Shown here: positions 27,099 through 37,717 of the stretch, piece after piece | Layout of the letters: the number at the start of each line of letters is the position of its first letter | How positions within the stretch are numbered: position 1 is the stretch's first letter | NCBI GenBank assembly: GCA_963715865.1 | Contig: OY970280.1 | Location: 96,001 to 160,000 of the forward strand | Reading direction: 5' to 3' | DNA: 64,000 bases | DNA from: Candidatus Bathyarchaeota archaeon | GTDB lineage: Archaea; Thermoproteota; Bathyarchaeia; Bathyarchaeales; Bathycorpusculaceae | Notes under the pieces: model-generated | What the model was told of the DNA's origin: nothing | What the model saw: only the letters and a program-made list of their open reading frames with translations | The model's database searches: none | Translations under genes and position numbers: made by a program

Positions 27099-27358
27099 CG
27101 TTGTTGCACCGTCAGGTTATGTATAGCAAAAATGTAGAAATTAACCATTATGGATAATTAACATCGCACGATGCAATAGTCTAGTAAAAAGCGGTCGTAG
27201 TCTAGTTTTGGTTTATGCTACCGTTGACGATATCTCCACTAACACATTTCTTCGCGGCTTCTTTCTCCTTTTTTACCATTTGAAAATAGCATCTTGGGTT
27301 TTTTGGCAAAAAAATTAAATGCAAATAACAACAAACGGCTACCAATGGTGGCAAAAAA

Positions 27359-28027
27359 ATGGTTGAAGTCTTTGACCCGCGGTTTAAGCAAGGGTCTGGT
27401 ATATTAATGTTAAAAATCCCTATTCTTGAACTGGAAACTTATGGATTGCCATGGAAAACCTTCGAGGGCGCTGTAATTGACCTAGAAACGAACGAACAGC
27501 CATTCTTAGACAACCTTAAAGGCGCTAACAGGTTTAAAAATCATACAGTAACCTGCTGTGGTTTTCTTGATAGAAATGCTATCGAAATTATTGCCAGGAC
27601 CGATGAATTATCAGATGAAAGTTTCGTCAAAGCAGTTAATGAGCGATTGAACGCAACCACCAGACCCTATCATGCATTCAATGCTGGATGCGACATGGCG
27701 CTCATTAGCAAGCTACTTAAAAGGCCCATTCCGTTTGATCAAGAATTGCAAAGGTTTGAGAGACAAAATAAAGAATACTACAGGCAAGACCTCGGGCTTC
27801 CAAATTTCGGTGACCCTTATCGAGGCCAAGGATATATAGCTGCTAAGGAATGGACACGTTATTTGGAAACTAGAGACATAGAGTGTATAAAAAAAATAAT
27901 GGCTCATAACTTTGCTTGCCTATGCACGGAATACGGTTTCCTGATAAAAAAGGGCTGTAGAGCGATTGACCCTCGGTCTCATGTACCTTTTTTCGACGGT
28001 AGAAGCGACCTAACATGCAACCAATAA
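27359..28027 (+). CDS. RNase H-like / DEDD-type 3'-5' exonuclease (YprB-like)
   Basis: VIDLET (ExoI), AFNAGCD (ExoII-like), HNFACL (ExoIII position, Asp absent). Confidence 0.6.
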   Translation: MVEVFDPRFKQGSGILMLKIPILELETYGLPWKTFEGAVIDLETNEQPFLDNLKGANRFKNHTVTCCGFLDRNAIEIIARTDELSDESFVKAVNERLNATTRPYHAFNAGCDMALISKLLKRPIPFDQELQRFERQNKEYYRQDLGLPNFGDPYRGQGYIAAKEWTRYLETRDIECIKKIMAHNFACLCTEYGFLIKKGCRAIDPRSHVPFFDGRSDLTCNQ

Positions 28028-28103
28028 GAAGACTTTCACTCTAAACATTAAAGAAATGGAAGCTTTCTTTTCCAACCCTTTGACAGGAATATTTGCATAT
28101 AGT

Positions 28104-28124
28104 GGGTGGGACTTGAACCCACGA
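28104..28124 (-). other. Isolated tRNA T-arm fragment (possible att relic)
   Basis: Minus strand TCGTGGGTTCAAGTCCCACCC = GTGGG-TTCAAGT-CCCAC T-stem/loop; no acceptor, D or anticodon arms around it. Confidence 0.45.
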
Positions 28125-28411
28125 ATAGTGGAGATATCGCCCGCAAATTCTCTTTTTTTCTGCCCTTTTTTAAAACAGAAATTCGCATAAAAGGAAGTCA
28201 TTAATGAGACCGAGGTCATAAACAATTTTTTGGAACTCGCTTGACGGAGTGTTAAGAATTTGATCAATTTTTTGATTTAACTGTTGCCCAATCGTCGGGT
28301 GCGTTTTTTGTAAGTAAGCGCTTAGGCAAAGTGCGGTGAGAGGTTTAATCCTTTATCCCAAACCCAAAATTTTATGTTTATACGAACACTACAAAAAGTT
28401 TTGGAGTCAGG

Positions 28412-28528
28412 TTAGAAATGCATTTTTTGCTTGCGTTTATAAGCGTGAGGCTTCTTCATGTAGCTGAAGAGTTTCTTTTGTTCTCTGGCTAACCCTGTTG
28501 AGTCACTGACTCTTTTCGAATACAACAC
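28412..28528 (-). CDS. Possible 38-aa basic micro-protein (MLYSKRVSDSTGLAREQKKLFSYMKKPHAYKRKQKMHF)
   Basis: Open frame with GTG/TTG start; no family recognised. Confidence 0.3.
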   Translation of the reverse strand: MLYSKRVSDSTGLAREQKKLFSYMKKPHAYKRKQKMHF

Positions 28529-28636
28529 CAAGAGGTAAAAAACAAATGTACATTAAGAGCGGAGCATCGGCTCAGAAAGAAAATAAGCGAGAACGTTCTC
28601 GCAAAGAACAAGTAGCGAAAACGAGGGATTCAATTT

Positions 28637-28843
28637 ATGGTTAATGTCGGTGACCAGATAAAATGTCCTGAATGTGAAACCATAGGATGTGTGGTTTGGG
28701 TCTCACAAGACAAGAAGACAATGGGTGTGCAGTGCCATAGGAGCCACCGAGAAGCGAGCAGACCAGAATCCAAATTCGGCGCGACAGTGGTTCCCTCGAC
28801 CAAGAATAGGAAAAACGTCGTTTTCCTAACAGCAGTAAGATGA
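28637..28843 (+). CDS. Small zinc-ribbon protein
   Basis: IKCPECETIG.VVWVSQD...GVQC..SH. Confidence 0.65.
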   Translation: MVNVGDQIKCPECETIGCVVWVSQDKKTMGVQCHRSHREASRPESKFGATVVPSTKNRKNVVFLTAVR

Positions 28844-29059
28844 TAATGGCGACATAGACAACTTTTCCAACTCCTTTTTTGGGTTTAGAATCTGCCTGAG
28901 CGGGTGTGATGTACTTGGTAAATAAAAAAGCATTCAACGAAAAAAGCAACCTTGCGAGATACTGCTATAATGTACCTGGTAATGGCAAAGAAGCAAATAC
29001 TTAATTCTTTGATGTGTTCCATTATTATAAATTCATATTTTGAAAGGTGAGGTGTTAAG

Positions 29060-29185
29060 ATGCTATCTCGTGATTGTGACGGATGCGAAAGACAGCTTTT
29101 TGAGTGTAAACGTCGTTTTGCCCAGGTTTCCTTAGGCGAGAAAGTTTTTTGTCCAGACGGCACAGCTCATCTAGTCGACAGCTAA
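29060..29185 (+). CDS. 41-aa Cys/His-rich micro-protein (MLSRDCDGCERQLFECKRRFAQVSLGEKVFCPDGTAHLVDS)
   Basis: GGTGAGGTG SD just upstream; CxxC...C...CPDGxxH; not in the ORF track. Confidence 0.6.
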   Translation: MLSRDCDGCERQLFECKRRFAQVSLGEKVFCPDGTAHLVDS

Positions 29186-29424
29186 TAGTTAAAGTCAACA
29201 AGTAAAGCCATTACGACGACGAAATTAGTATTTTGGAAGGTTTTACTAAAACTAAGTTGTACTGCAAAGTTGTCTAACTATAATTTGAACTTCTAAAATT
29301 TTCGTTGTTTGGGTTTGGGGTATAATCCTTTATACAAGGAGCTATCGATTTTTTTTTCGAACATTTAAGTGTATGGTTTTGTGTTCCGAAACCTAAAATA
29401 AGCGCGTAACAAAATTATAGCCAC

Positions 29425-30693
29425 TTGAGGTTTAAAAGCGTGTCATCAATCATTGAAGACCTCATTGCCAGAAAAATCTTCAACAACCGAGGAGAAGAAA
29501 CAATAGAGGTTGACGTAATCACCAGTGGTGGTTTCGGAAGAGCATCCGCGCCCGCAGGAAAAAGCCGCGGAAAAGCTGAAGTGGTTTATTACCCGCAAGG
29601 CGGAGTTGAGCAAGCCGTAAAGAAAGTTGATGATTTAATAGCTCCTGAACTTGCAGGATTAAATTCTGATTTTCAAGAAGAAATTGACAGCACGCTGCAC
29701 GAAATCGACGGCAGCACAGACTTCAAAAACATCGGCGGAAACACCGCGTTCGCCATCTCTATAGCAAATGCCGAAGCAGCGGCAAACTCTCATGGTTTAC
29801 TTTTATTCCAGTTTCTCGGCGGAAACGCCGCAAACACCCTGCCTTTTCCGCTTGGCAACTGCATAAGCGGTGGACAACACGCAAGGGGCAAAGCGCCTGA
29901 CATTCAAGAATACCTAGCGTTGCCGCATGGTGCTGAAACTTTTCTTGAAGCTCAAACAGCCAACACTCAAATCCACAAGAAAATTGGCGACGCTTTGAAA
30001 AAGAAAAACAGCCAATTTAATGGCGGAAAAAGCGACGAGGGCGCATGGATAGCCAACATAGACACCGTTGACGCGTTCGAAGTCATTGCTAAAGCATGCG
30101 AAGAGGTTGGTAACGAATTGGATTTTGAATGCGGCTTCGGCATTGATGTTGCTGCTTCCTCGCTTTGGAAGCTGAAAGATGAAAAATACGTTTACGGTAA
30201 TGAAGATAAAAAACGCGACACAGCCGAACAACTCGAGTTCATGCTAGAATTAATTGAGAAATATCACCTTGCTTACGTGGAAGACCCGTTCCATGAGGAA
30301 GACTTTGACAGCTTCGCTGAGTTAACTCGCAAAGCTAAAAACTGTTTAATCTGCGGCGATGATTTGTTCACAACTAATACTGAAAGGTTAAATAATGGAA
30401 TAAAGATTAACGCTGGAAACGCCATAATAATAAAAGTCAACCAGATAGGCACATTAACCGATGCAGTTCAAACAATTGAAACTGCACAGCGACACGGTTA
30501 CGACCCAGTCGTGTCACATCGTTCAGGAGACACATGCGACTGGCACATAGCTCATTTGGCTGTGGCTTACAAGTGCCCCCTAATCAAAACAGGCGTAGTT
30601 GAAGGCGCACGCATAGCCAAACTCAACGAGCTAATAAGAATCGAGCATTTCCTTGGGAATAGAGCCAAAATGGCTGATTTAAAAATGCGCTAA
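29425..30693 (+). CDS. eno: Enolase (GTG start at 29440 possible)
   Basis: ARKIFNNRG..TIEVDV, EDPF.E.D, GDDLFTTN, IIIKVNQIGTLT, VSHRSGDT, IKTG. Confidence 0.95.
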   Translation: MRFKSVSSIIEDLIARKIFNNRGEETIEVDVITSGGFGRASAPAGKSRGKAEVVYYPQGGVEQAVKKVDDLIAPELAGLNSDFQEEIDSTLHEIDGSTDFKNIGGNTAFAISIANAEAAANSHGLLLFQFLGGNAANTLPFPLGNCISGGQHARGKAPDIQEYLALPHGAETFLEAQTANTQIHKKIGDALKKKNSQFNGGKSDEGAWIANIDTVDAFEVIAKACEEVGNELDFECGFGIDVAASSLWKLKDEKYVYGNEDKKRDTAEQLEFMLELIEKYHLAYVEDPFHEEDFDSFAELTRKAKNCLICGDDLFTTNTERLNNGIKINAGNAIIIKVNQIGTLTDAVQTIETAQRHGYDPVVSHRSGDTCDWHIAHLAVAYKCPLIKTGVVEGARIAKLNELIRIEHFLGNRAKMADLKMR

Positions 30694-30709
30694 TAAAGAA
30701 GATGAAAAA

Positions 30710-31417
30710 ATGTCAGAAGACGAAATAAAAGAGAATCAACCAGTAGAAAACCAAGAGGAACCCATAGTAGATGAAAAGTCTCAGGAAACCCCACCTGCAG
30801 AGCAACTCCTCTTACCAAGAGACACCCTGCTTTCCGCAGGCATACACATCGGAACAAGAATGAAAACCCTAGACATGGAACCCTTCATCTACCGGGTAAG
30901 ACCAGACGGATTATTCGTTTTGGACGTTAAAAAAACAGACGACCGAATAAGAGTCACTGCGAAATTCCTCTCACGCTACGAGCACGCAAAAGTAGCAGTG
31001 GCAGCAACAAGACTGTATGCTCAAGAACCAGTCAAAAAATTCTGCGAATTAACAGGTGCAACGCCACTAATTGGCCGCTTCATACCTGGGCAACTATCTA
31101 ATCCGCAATATCCGGGCCGAATTGACCCTGAAGTCATAGTTGTTTCCGACCCAAGAGCAGACGCACAAGCAGTAAAAGAAGCCTCAAAAGTTGGAATTCC
31201 AATCATCGCGTTATGCAGCACAGACAACGAGTTCGCAGGCGTAGACTTGGTTATTCCCACAAACAACAAGGGCAGAAGAGCATTAGCGGTCATTTTCTGG
31301 CTACTGGCAAGACAGGTATTGCGAGAGAGAGGCGAATTAGCCGCAGACAAAGACCCATCAGTAACCATAGAAGATTTTGAAGCGAAGGTTACAAGGGAAG
31401 AGGAGGAGGAACCCTAA
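30710..31417 (+). CDS. rps2: 30S ribosomal protein S2
   Basis: LSAGIHIGT...GRFIPGQLSNP...DAQAVKEA...IPTNNKGRRAL. Confidence 0.97.
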   Translation: MSEDEIKENQPVENQEEPIVDEKSQETPPAEQLLLPRDTLLSAGIHIGTRMKTLDMEPFIYRVRPDGLFVLDVKKTDDRIRVTAKFLSRYEHAKVAVAATRLYAQEPVKKFCELTGATPLIGRFIPGQLSNPQYPGRIDPEVIVVSDPRADAQAVKEASKVGIPIIALCSTDNEFAGVDLVIPTNNKGRRALAVIFWLLARQVLRERGELAADKDPSVTIEDFEAKVTREEEEEP

Positions 31418-31421
31418 ACCC

Positions 31422-32276
31422 TTGCCGACGATTCGGCGTCCAACCGTAGCAGGCCAATTTTATGAAGGCGACGCCGAAGCGCTTAGAGCACAAATTAAAA
31501 CTTGTTTTCTCCACGAACTCGGTCCAAAAAAACTTCCAACCGTAAACTTGCGCAGTCACCCGAGAAACATAGTTGGCATGGTTTGTCCTCACGCTGGCTA
31601 CATGTACTCTGGTCCTGTGGCAGCATCTGCTTTTTACGAGTTAGCCTTGGACGGCAAACCTGACACAGTAGTGCTTATGGGTCCAAATCATACCGGTTAC
31701 GGTAGCGCTCTGAGCCTAATGCATGAAGGCGTTTGGCGTACACCGCTTGGCGACATTGACGTAGATACAAAAATGGCAAACGAGATAGCCCATGAAACTA
31801 GCATCATTGATGTGGACGAGCTTGCGCACCGTTACGAACACTCTATCGAGGTTCAATTGCCCTTTTTGCAGTTTCTTTACGGCAACTCGTTCAAGATTGT
31901 GCCAATCTGCTTCCTGCTGCAAGATTATGATTCCGCAGTTGAAGTTGGAAGGGCACTTGTTGAAGTTTTAGACGCCACAAACGCAGTAGTTATTGCTTCT
32001 TCTGATATGACGCATTATGAACCGGCAAAAACTGCAGCGGCAAAAGACCAAGCGGCACTCAAAGCGGTCACAGACATGGATGCAAAACGCTTCTACGAAA
32101 CAATCGAAACACAAAACATCACAGCATGCGGTTACGCGCCAATAACAGCCTTAATCACTTATGCAAAAGGAGCCAACGCGAAAGAAGCTAAACTTTTAAA
32201 CTATCACAACAGCGGCGACATAACAGGCGACTACTCAAGCGTAGTAGGATATGCAGCGGTAAGCTTCAAAAAATAG
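31422..32276 (+). CDS. MEMO1 family / AmmeMemoRadiSam protein B (start re-called to TTG 31422)
   Basis: IRRPTVAGQFY...CPHAGYMYSG...GPNHTG...EHSIEVQLPFLQ...SSDMTHY...ACGYAPI. Confidence 0.92.
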   Translation: MPTIRRPTVAGQFYEGDAEALRAQIKTCFLHELGPKKLPTVNLRSHPRNIVGMVCPHAGYMYSGPVAASAFYELALDGKPDTVVLMGPNHTGYGSALSLMHEGVWRTPLGDIDVDTKMANEIAHETSIIDVDELAHRYEHSIEVQLPFLQFLYGNSFKIVPICFLLQDYDSAVEVGRALVEVLDATNAVVIASSDMTHYEPAKTAAAKDQAALKAVTDMDAKRFYETIETQNITACGYAPITALITYAKGANAKEAKLLNYHNSGDITGDYSSVVGYAAVSFKK

Positions 32277-32313
32277 GTGCTCTGAAAAAACTTTAGCCCT
32301 CTTATTTTGTTCT

Positions 32314-33015
32314 TTAAGCTGAGTTCCATCGTGTGAGAGCTTGTAGTCTTTTCTTTTCTTCTTTGAGCTTTTGTATTTCGTTATACAATGTGATTGCTTC
32401 CGTGAATTGCGCATTGTATTCTCGAATGGTGTCTTGCATTTCTTCTGTCCATTCAAGAAGATGCGGAAAGTATGGAATTGTTTGCCGGCTGCCTAGTGGG
32501 TGTTCAAACCAGAATTCTTGGAATGTGCCTGTGTTGCCGTTAGCTGTAACATGAAATCTAAATTCTTCGAGTATTATACCTAAGTGTCCTAGTGCATTTC
32601 TTACTGCGTGGTCAAGGATTTCTGGGTATTTATCGGCTATTTGCTTGTACTGATCAATAGAGTCATGCAGATGCGGCTTCTGATGCCACCACAGGGCAGG
32701 ATTGTCCAGCTCGTCTTTGACTATTTTTTCACTATTTCTAACCAGTTCGTTGACTTTGGCTTTCATATTAGCTATTTGTTCTTCATCTAAATTTAAGATG
32801 ACTTCAGGATACTTGGTGATGTATACTTTTGCTGTTTTTCTGTACCATTTAGAAGCAAAATCCACTGTTTCCTTGATAAATTCGAGTCTAAGTTCTTCCA
32901 TGCGTGAGCGAAGAGGCAAAAGCTCAGCTTCTTTTCTCTCAATTAAAATGTCTATCTCTTCGCTCATACCTTGAACAACCTCGCCCTTACCCTTTGCAAG
33001 CAAATGTGCCTTCAT
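32314..33015 (-). CDS. Hypothetical coiled-coil protein inserted antisense within the superoperon
   Basis: 233-aa ORF with terminal heptad helices; no family recognised. Confidence 0.65.
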   Translation of the reverse strand: MKAHLLAKGKGEVVQGMSEEIDILIERKEAELLPLRSRMEELRLEFIKETVDFASKWYRKTAKVYITKYPEVILNLDEEQIANMKAKVNELVRNSEKIVKDELDNPALWWHQKPHLHDSIDQYKQIADKYPEILDHAVRNALGHLGIILEEFRFHVTANGNTGTFQEFWFEHPLGSRQTIPYFPHLLEWTEEMQDTIREYNAQFTEAITLYNEIQKLKEEKKRLQALTRWNSA

Positions 33016-33469
33016 ATTTTAATACTGCCCAATGTCATAAAAAACTTTGCGAAATTTTGCTTTTTTGATTAGTGCCCTCGACTGCCGATATATTCCCTAC
33101 TATCGATGAGTCGGTTATGAAATGAATGTACATAAAGAGCAATCAAGGGAAAAGTTGGTGTAACTTAGCACTTGTTGCATCAACTTGTTACAACATTATT
33201 TTATATTCTGTTAAATCGTAAAAAAGTTACCGAGGAAAGAACGCAAGAGGATAGCCTAACAGTTGGGCGGTCTGGCTGCTAATAGGCGATAAGGTAATCT
33301 TTGCCCACCATCGTTCTATGCCTTATCTATATTAGCGCATGGCTTGACCTACCTAACACCATTTTGCCTATTTGCCAAAGAACATTAAGACTTGTATTAG
33401 TCTTATCTGAAGTAAACGAATGTTTTTATTATAATTGGTATAATAGCTAGTTTTCAAGGTGCTACAGTA

Positions 33470-34411
33470 ATGGGTAAAGGGTCAGGTTACGGAAAAGTAA
33501 TTTTGTTTGGAGAGCACTTCGTTGTCCACGGCGTACCGGGTATTGTCTCCGCGATTGATTCCACAACTGATGCGGAAGTAAAAAAAGCGGCAAAAGGAAT
33601 CAACGTTAAAGATGAGAGAAAAACCGCTAAAGGTTACAGTGAAGAAAAGCGCCTCCAGCAACTGGAATCAATCGAAAGAATGCTAAAAACCATGGGCATT
33701 GACCCAAAAATTTCCTTAAATATATGGATAGGTGGAACTCTCCCAGGTTTCAGCGGCTTAGGCGCTTCTGCAGCAAGCAGCGTCGCCATCGCAAGAGCCA
33801 TCGCCCAAGAGCTCGGCATGCAAATTTCAGATGAGAAAATTAATCAAATAGCTTATGAAGCAGAGAAAGCGTACGCTGGCAATCCTTCAGGCATAGACAA
33901 CACCGCTGCAACTTATGGCGGTTTGATGTGGTTTAAGAAAAACATGGCTGGCGGACCAGACAAGATAGAAAAACTCCATATACGCAGACCAATCGAAATT
34001 GTCATCGGCAGCACGGGCAAAGTCGCAAACACCAAAGCCATGGTCGAAGGCGTCGCTGAACGCAAAAAGAAAAATCCAGAAAAATACGACCCAATCTTTA
34101 AACAAGCCGAAAACGTAGCGTTCGCAGGAAGAAAAGCCCTAGAAAATTATGACCTTAAAAAAGTCGGCGAACTCATGAACGAAAACCACCGCCTGCTCCA
34201 AGAAATCGGCGTATCCAGCAAAGAACTCGACATGCTAGTTGATTTAGCCCGAAAGCAAGGAGCTTTTGGTGCAAAACTCACGGGTGGAGGCGGCGGCGGA
34301 TGCATGGTAGCGTTGACGCCTGGGAAGGATTTGCAGGGCAAAGTTCTAAGCGCTATTAAATACTTAGGCTTTGAAGTGTTGAGTACAAAGATAGGCGTTG
34401 AAAAATACTAA
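33470..34411 (+). CDS. mvk: Mevalonate kinase
   Basis: GKVILFGEHFVVHG, GLGASAA, PSGID, AKLTGGGGGG (GHMP kinase). Confidence 0.93.
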   Translation: MGKGSGYGKVILFGEHFVVHGVPGIVSAIDSTTDAEVKKAAKGINVKDERKTAKGYSEEKRLQQLESIERMLKTMGIDPKISLNIWIGGTLPGFSGLGASAASSVAIARAIAQELGMQISDEKINQIAYEAEKAYAGNPSGIDNTAATYGGLMWFKKNMAGGPDKIEKLHIRRPIEIVIGSTGKVANTKAMVEGVAERKKKNPEKYDPIFKQAENVAFAGRKALENYDLKKVGELMNENHRLLQEIGVSSKELDMLVDLARKQGAFGAKLTGGGGGGCMVALTPGKDLQGKVLSAIKYLGFEVLSTKIGVEKY

Positions 34412-34423
34412 GGTTGGAGCAAA

Positions 34424-35734
34424 ATGGGGTTTAGAAATTTCATAAAAGCGCTCGATAAAAACGGTGAATTAACAATAATAACAAAGCCAGTTTCAACTGA
34501 GTATGAGATGGCGGGCATAATAAGCGCTCTCGGCGAGAAACCTGTTTATTTTGAGAAAGTAAAAGAGTCAAGTTATCCTGTCGTAGCAGGACTTGTGTCT
34601 TCAAAAGAATTGATTGCCCAGTCATTAGGCATAAGCAAAGACCAGCTGTTGCCGAAGTTGTCTGCTGCTATTGAGCATCCTGTGTCGTCGCAAGTCATAA
34701 AAAAAGGTGAGTGCCAAGAAGTAGTGGAAGGCAAGGTTGATTTAACTAAGCTTCCGATAATGCGGTACACGGAAAAGGATGGCGGAAAATACATTGCATC
34801 CGCCGTTTCCATAATAAAAGACCCTGAATTCGGCACTCAAAACATGTGCTTCCACAGACTAATGCTGCTGGACAAGAACAGGTTTGTAGCCAGAATCGTT
34901 GAGAACAGAGGAACAGACACAGCCCTCAAGAAGGCTGGCGGAGAACTAGACATTGCCATTTGCATAGGTAACTCAACCGCTGTTCTTCTATCCGCAGCCA
35001 CAACTATGCCTATGGGTGTTGACGAGTTGGGAATGGCTAACGCACTTGAGGAAACAGCATTAGTGAAGTGTAAGACCGTTGACCTTGAAGTGCCCAAAGA
35101 CTGCGAAATAGTGTTAGAAGGAAGAATAACAAAGGAAAAAACCACTGAAGGACCATTTCTGGACACAACAGGAACCATCGACCGGATAAGACAGCAACCC
35201 ATAATTGAAATTAAATGCGTCACTCACCGAGAAAAGCCAATTTATCAAACATTACTTCCAGGAAGAAGGGAACATCAATTCTTAATGGGGATGCCCAAAG
35301 AACCTACAATCTTCAACGAAGTGAACAAAGTCTGCGAATGCAAAGACGTTTACATAACACCAGGCGGATGTAGTTGGCTCCATGCGGTTGTGCAAATAAA
35401 GAAGAAAAACCAAGATGACGGGAAAAAAGCCATCAGCGCCGCTTTTGAAGGACACAAGTCGCTGAAGCACTGTGTCATAGTAGACGACGACATAGACATC
35501 TATAATCCTCACGATGTCGAATGGGCTATCGCTACCAGATTCCAAGCAGACAAAAATGTCGTAATCTTGCCAAACCAGCCTGGGTCGTCTTTGGACCCAT
35601 CAGGAGATTTGACTGAAGGCAAAAAGGCAACAACTTGCAAGATGGGGTTAGATGCTACAATCCCGTTTGGAAAAACAGATAAAAGCTTCACGAAAGAACA
35701 ATATCGAAAAGTTGAGCTGAACAAGTTCTTGTGA
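34424..35734 (+). CDS. UbiD-family decarboxylase (likely trans-anhydromevalonate 5-phosphate decarboxylase)
   Basis: TEGPF.D.TG, VDDDIDIY...VEWAIATRFQAD, SSLDPS, KMGLDAT; located between mvk and AcnX genes. Confidence 0.85.
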   Translation: MGFRNFIKALDKNGELTIITKPVSTEYEMAGIISALGEKPVYFEKVKESSYPVVAGLVSSKELIAQSLGISKDQLLPKLSAAIEHPVSSQVIKKGECQEVVEGKVDLTKLPIMRYTEKDGGKYIASAVSIIKDPEFGTQNMCFHRLMLLDKNRFVARIVENRGTDTALKKAGGELDIAICIGNSTAVLLSAATTMPMGVDELGMANALEETALVKCKTVDLEVPKDCEIVLEGRITKEKTTEGPFLDTTGTIDRIRQQPIIEIKCVTHREKPIYQTLLPGRREHQFLMGMPKEPTIFNEVNKVCECKDVYITPGGCSWLHAVVQIKKKNQDDGKKAISAAFEGHKSLKHCVIVDDDIDIYNPHDVEWAIATRFQADKNVVILPNQPGSSLDPSGDLTEGKKATTCKMGLDATIPFGKTDKSFTKEQYRKVELNKFL

Positions 35735-36939
35735 TTAGCATGTTTCTGACAGAGAAAGAGCAACGAATGCTTGATGGGGCTGAAGGCTATGCTGTACGCA
35801 AAAGCATGGAAATTCTCGTCGCGTTAGGCGACATTTACGACGCAAAAAGCCTAATCAAAGTGGGCAGCGTCCAAGTGGCAGGCGTATCATATCACAACCT
35901 CGGTGACGCAGGCTTAGAATTCCTAAACGAGTTGGCAAAAGACGGCAAAGTCCGAGTCCTCACCACCCTGAACCCTGCAGGAATGGACTTGGAAAACTGG
36001 CAGCAACTAGGCATCAGCCCAGAATTCGCTGAAAAACAAAACCTCGTAATAGACGCTTTCAAAAAAATGGGCATACTCATCAGCTGCACATGCACACCCT
36101 ACTTGATAGGTAATTTGCCGCTTTACGGCGAACACATCGCATGGTCCGAAAGCTCAGCGGTCACTTTCGCAAACTCAGTGCTTGGCGCAAAAACAAACCG
36201 CGAAGGCGGACCATCCGCGTTAGCGGCAGCATTCGTGGGCAAAACACCATGTTACGGATTGCATTTGGATGAGAACAGAGTGCCCGAGGTTCACGTGCAG
36301 GTGAACGCTGAATTAACTAAGCTCTCAGACTGGGGCGCATTAGGCTATGCTATTGGCAAAAAAGCGGAAAACAAAATTCCCTACATAACAGGCATAAAAA
36401 CGGCTGACTTAGATGAACTCAAATCGTTCTGCGCCTCCGTTGTGACTTATGGCGCGAAACCGCTTTTCTACATGAAAGGCATAACGCCCGCGGCAGAGCA
36501 GCAGCCTCAACCGAAAGAGACAGTTACAATCGAACAAGGCGACATCAAAAACGCTTACGACAACATCAACGATGAAGTAAGCGACATAGAACTGGTGTGC
36601 GTTGGTTGTCCGCATTGTTCAATTAACGAAATCGCCAAAGTCGCTGAGTTGCTGAAAGGCAAAAAGGTGGCTGAGGGCACGGAGTTTTGGGTTGCCACTT
36701 CAAGAACAGCCAAACAACTAGCCGACAAACGCGGCTACACCCAAGTCATAGAGACGGCTGGCGCCAAGTTTGCCTGCGACACGTGCATGGCAGTTGCACC
36801 GTTGAAGGGCAGGTTTAAGTCGTTGGCAACGACCTCGGCGAAAGGCTGCTTCTATTCAAGGCAGAACAACATGAAAACAAAAATGGGCAGCATGGAAGAA
36901 TGTGTTGAGGCAGCGGTGACTGGAAAATGGAGCAGTTAA
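35731..36939 (+). CDS. Aconitase X large subunit (phosphomevalonate dehydratase large subunit)
   Basis: VAGVSYHN, TTLNPAG, SCTCTPY, WSESSA..FANSVLGAKTNREG, GCPHCS, CDTC. Confidence 0.9.
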   Translation: MISMFLTEKEQRMLDGAEGYAVRKSMEILVALGDIYDAKSLIKVGSVQVAGVSYHNLGDAGLEFLNELAKDGKVRVLTTLNPAGMDLENWQQLGISPEFAEKQNLVIDAFKKMGILISCTCTPYLIGNLPLYGEHIAWSESSAVTFANSVLGAKTNREGGPSALAAAFVGKTPCYGLHLDENRVPEVHVQVNAELTKLSDWGALGYAIGKKAENKIPYITGIKTADLDELKSFCASVVTYGAKPLFYMKGITPAAEQQPQPKETVTIEQGDIKNAYDNINDEVSDIELVCVGCPHCSINEIAKVAELLKGKKVAEGTEFWVATSRTAKQLADKRGYTQVIETAGAKFACDTCMAVAPLKGRFKSLATTSAKGCFYSRQNNMKTKMGSMEECVEAAVTGKWSS

Positions 36940-37313
36940 AAGGCAGATTAATCTCAAAAGGCAAAGGCGAAGGCGAAGCACTCGTCACAACTCAGCCCAT
37001 ATCATTTTACGGCGGCGTAGACCCGAACACGGGCGTCGTCATCGAAAAAGGGCATGAGTTGCAGGGACAAAGCGTGAAGGGCAAAATCCTCGTGTTCCCA
37101 ACTGGCAAAGGCTCAACCGTTGGCTCTTACACGCTGTATCGAATGAAGAAGAACGGCACCGCGCCTGCGGGCATAGTTAACAGGGAATGCGAAACCGTAG
37201 TGGCAGTCGGCGTCATAATCAGCGAAATCCCCTGCGTTGACAAAGTTGACATTTCAAAGTTCAAAACAGGCGACAAAGTTTACATAGAAAACGATACCAT
37301 CACAATAAGATAA
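36927..37313 (+). CDS. Aconitase X swiveling small subunit (phosphomevalonate dehydratase small subunit, DUF126)
   Basis: GEALVT.QPISFYGGVDP.TG...GKILVFPTGKGSTVGS. Confidence 0.92.
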   Translation: MEQLKGRLISKGKGEGEALVTTQPISFYGGVDPNTGVVIEKGHELQGQSVKGKILVFPTGKGSTVGSYTLYRMKKNGTAPAGIVNRECETVVAVGVIISEIPCVDKVDISKFKTGDKVYIENDTITIR

Positions 37314-37717
37314 GCAGGCATTTTTCCCAAATTTTTGCAGCTTTAGCGCGTAAAAGTGCATATTTACCTCTTGGCTTTAGTAGCCTCCGAGATGTGTGTG
37401 CTCTACATTCTACCGAATTAATCAAAATGAGAGAGAGCTTACACGTGTGGATGTAACAAATTAAAACGTAAAACAGACTCTTTTAGCTCTTTGGTTCTCA
37501 TATAGACTGATAGGAGCTCCTGTTAGCTGAAGCGGATGAACATGTTAAATATAATCGCACTTTCCTGATAGCTTCTGTTTATCCACCAGTGTTTTCAAGT
37601 GAGCCCTAAATGGAGCGAGGGGTTTTTGGGGAAAACTTATATTCATGGTTGGATAATCCAACCAGCTAAGGAGATGAGAGAATTAACGACAAAAAACCAA
37701 TAATCCTTCTGGGGCTT

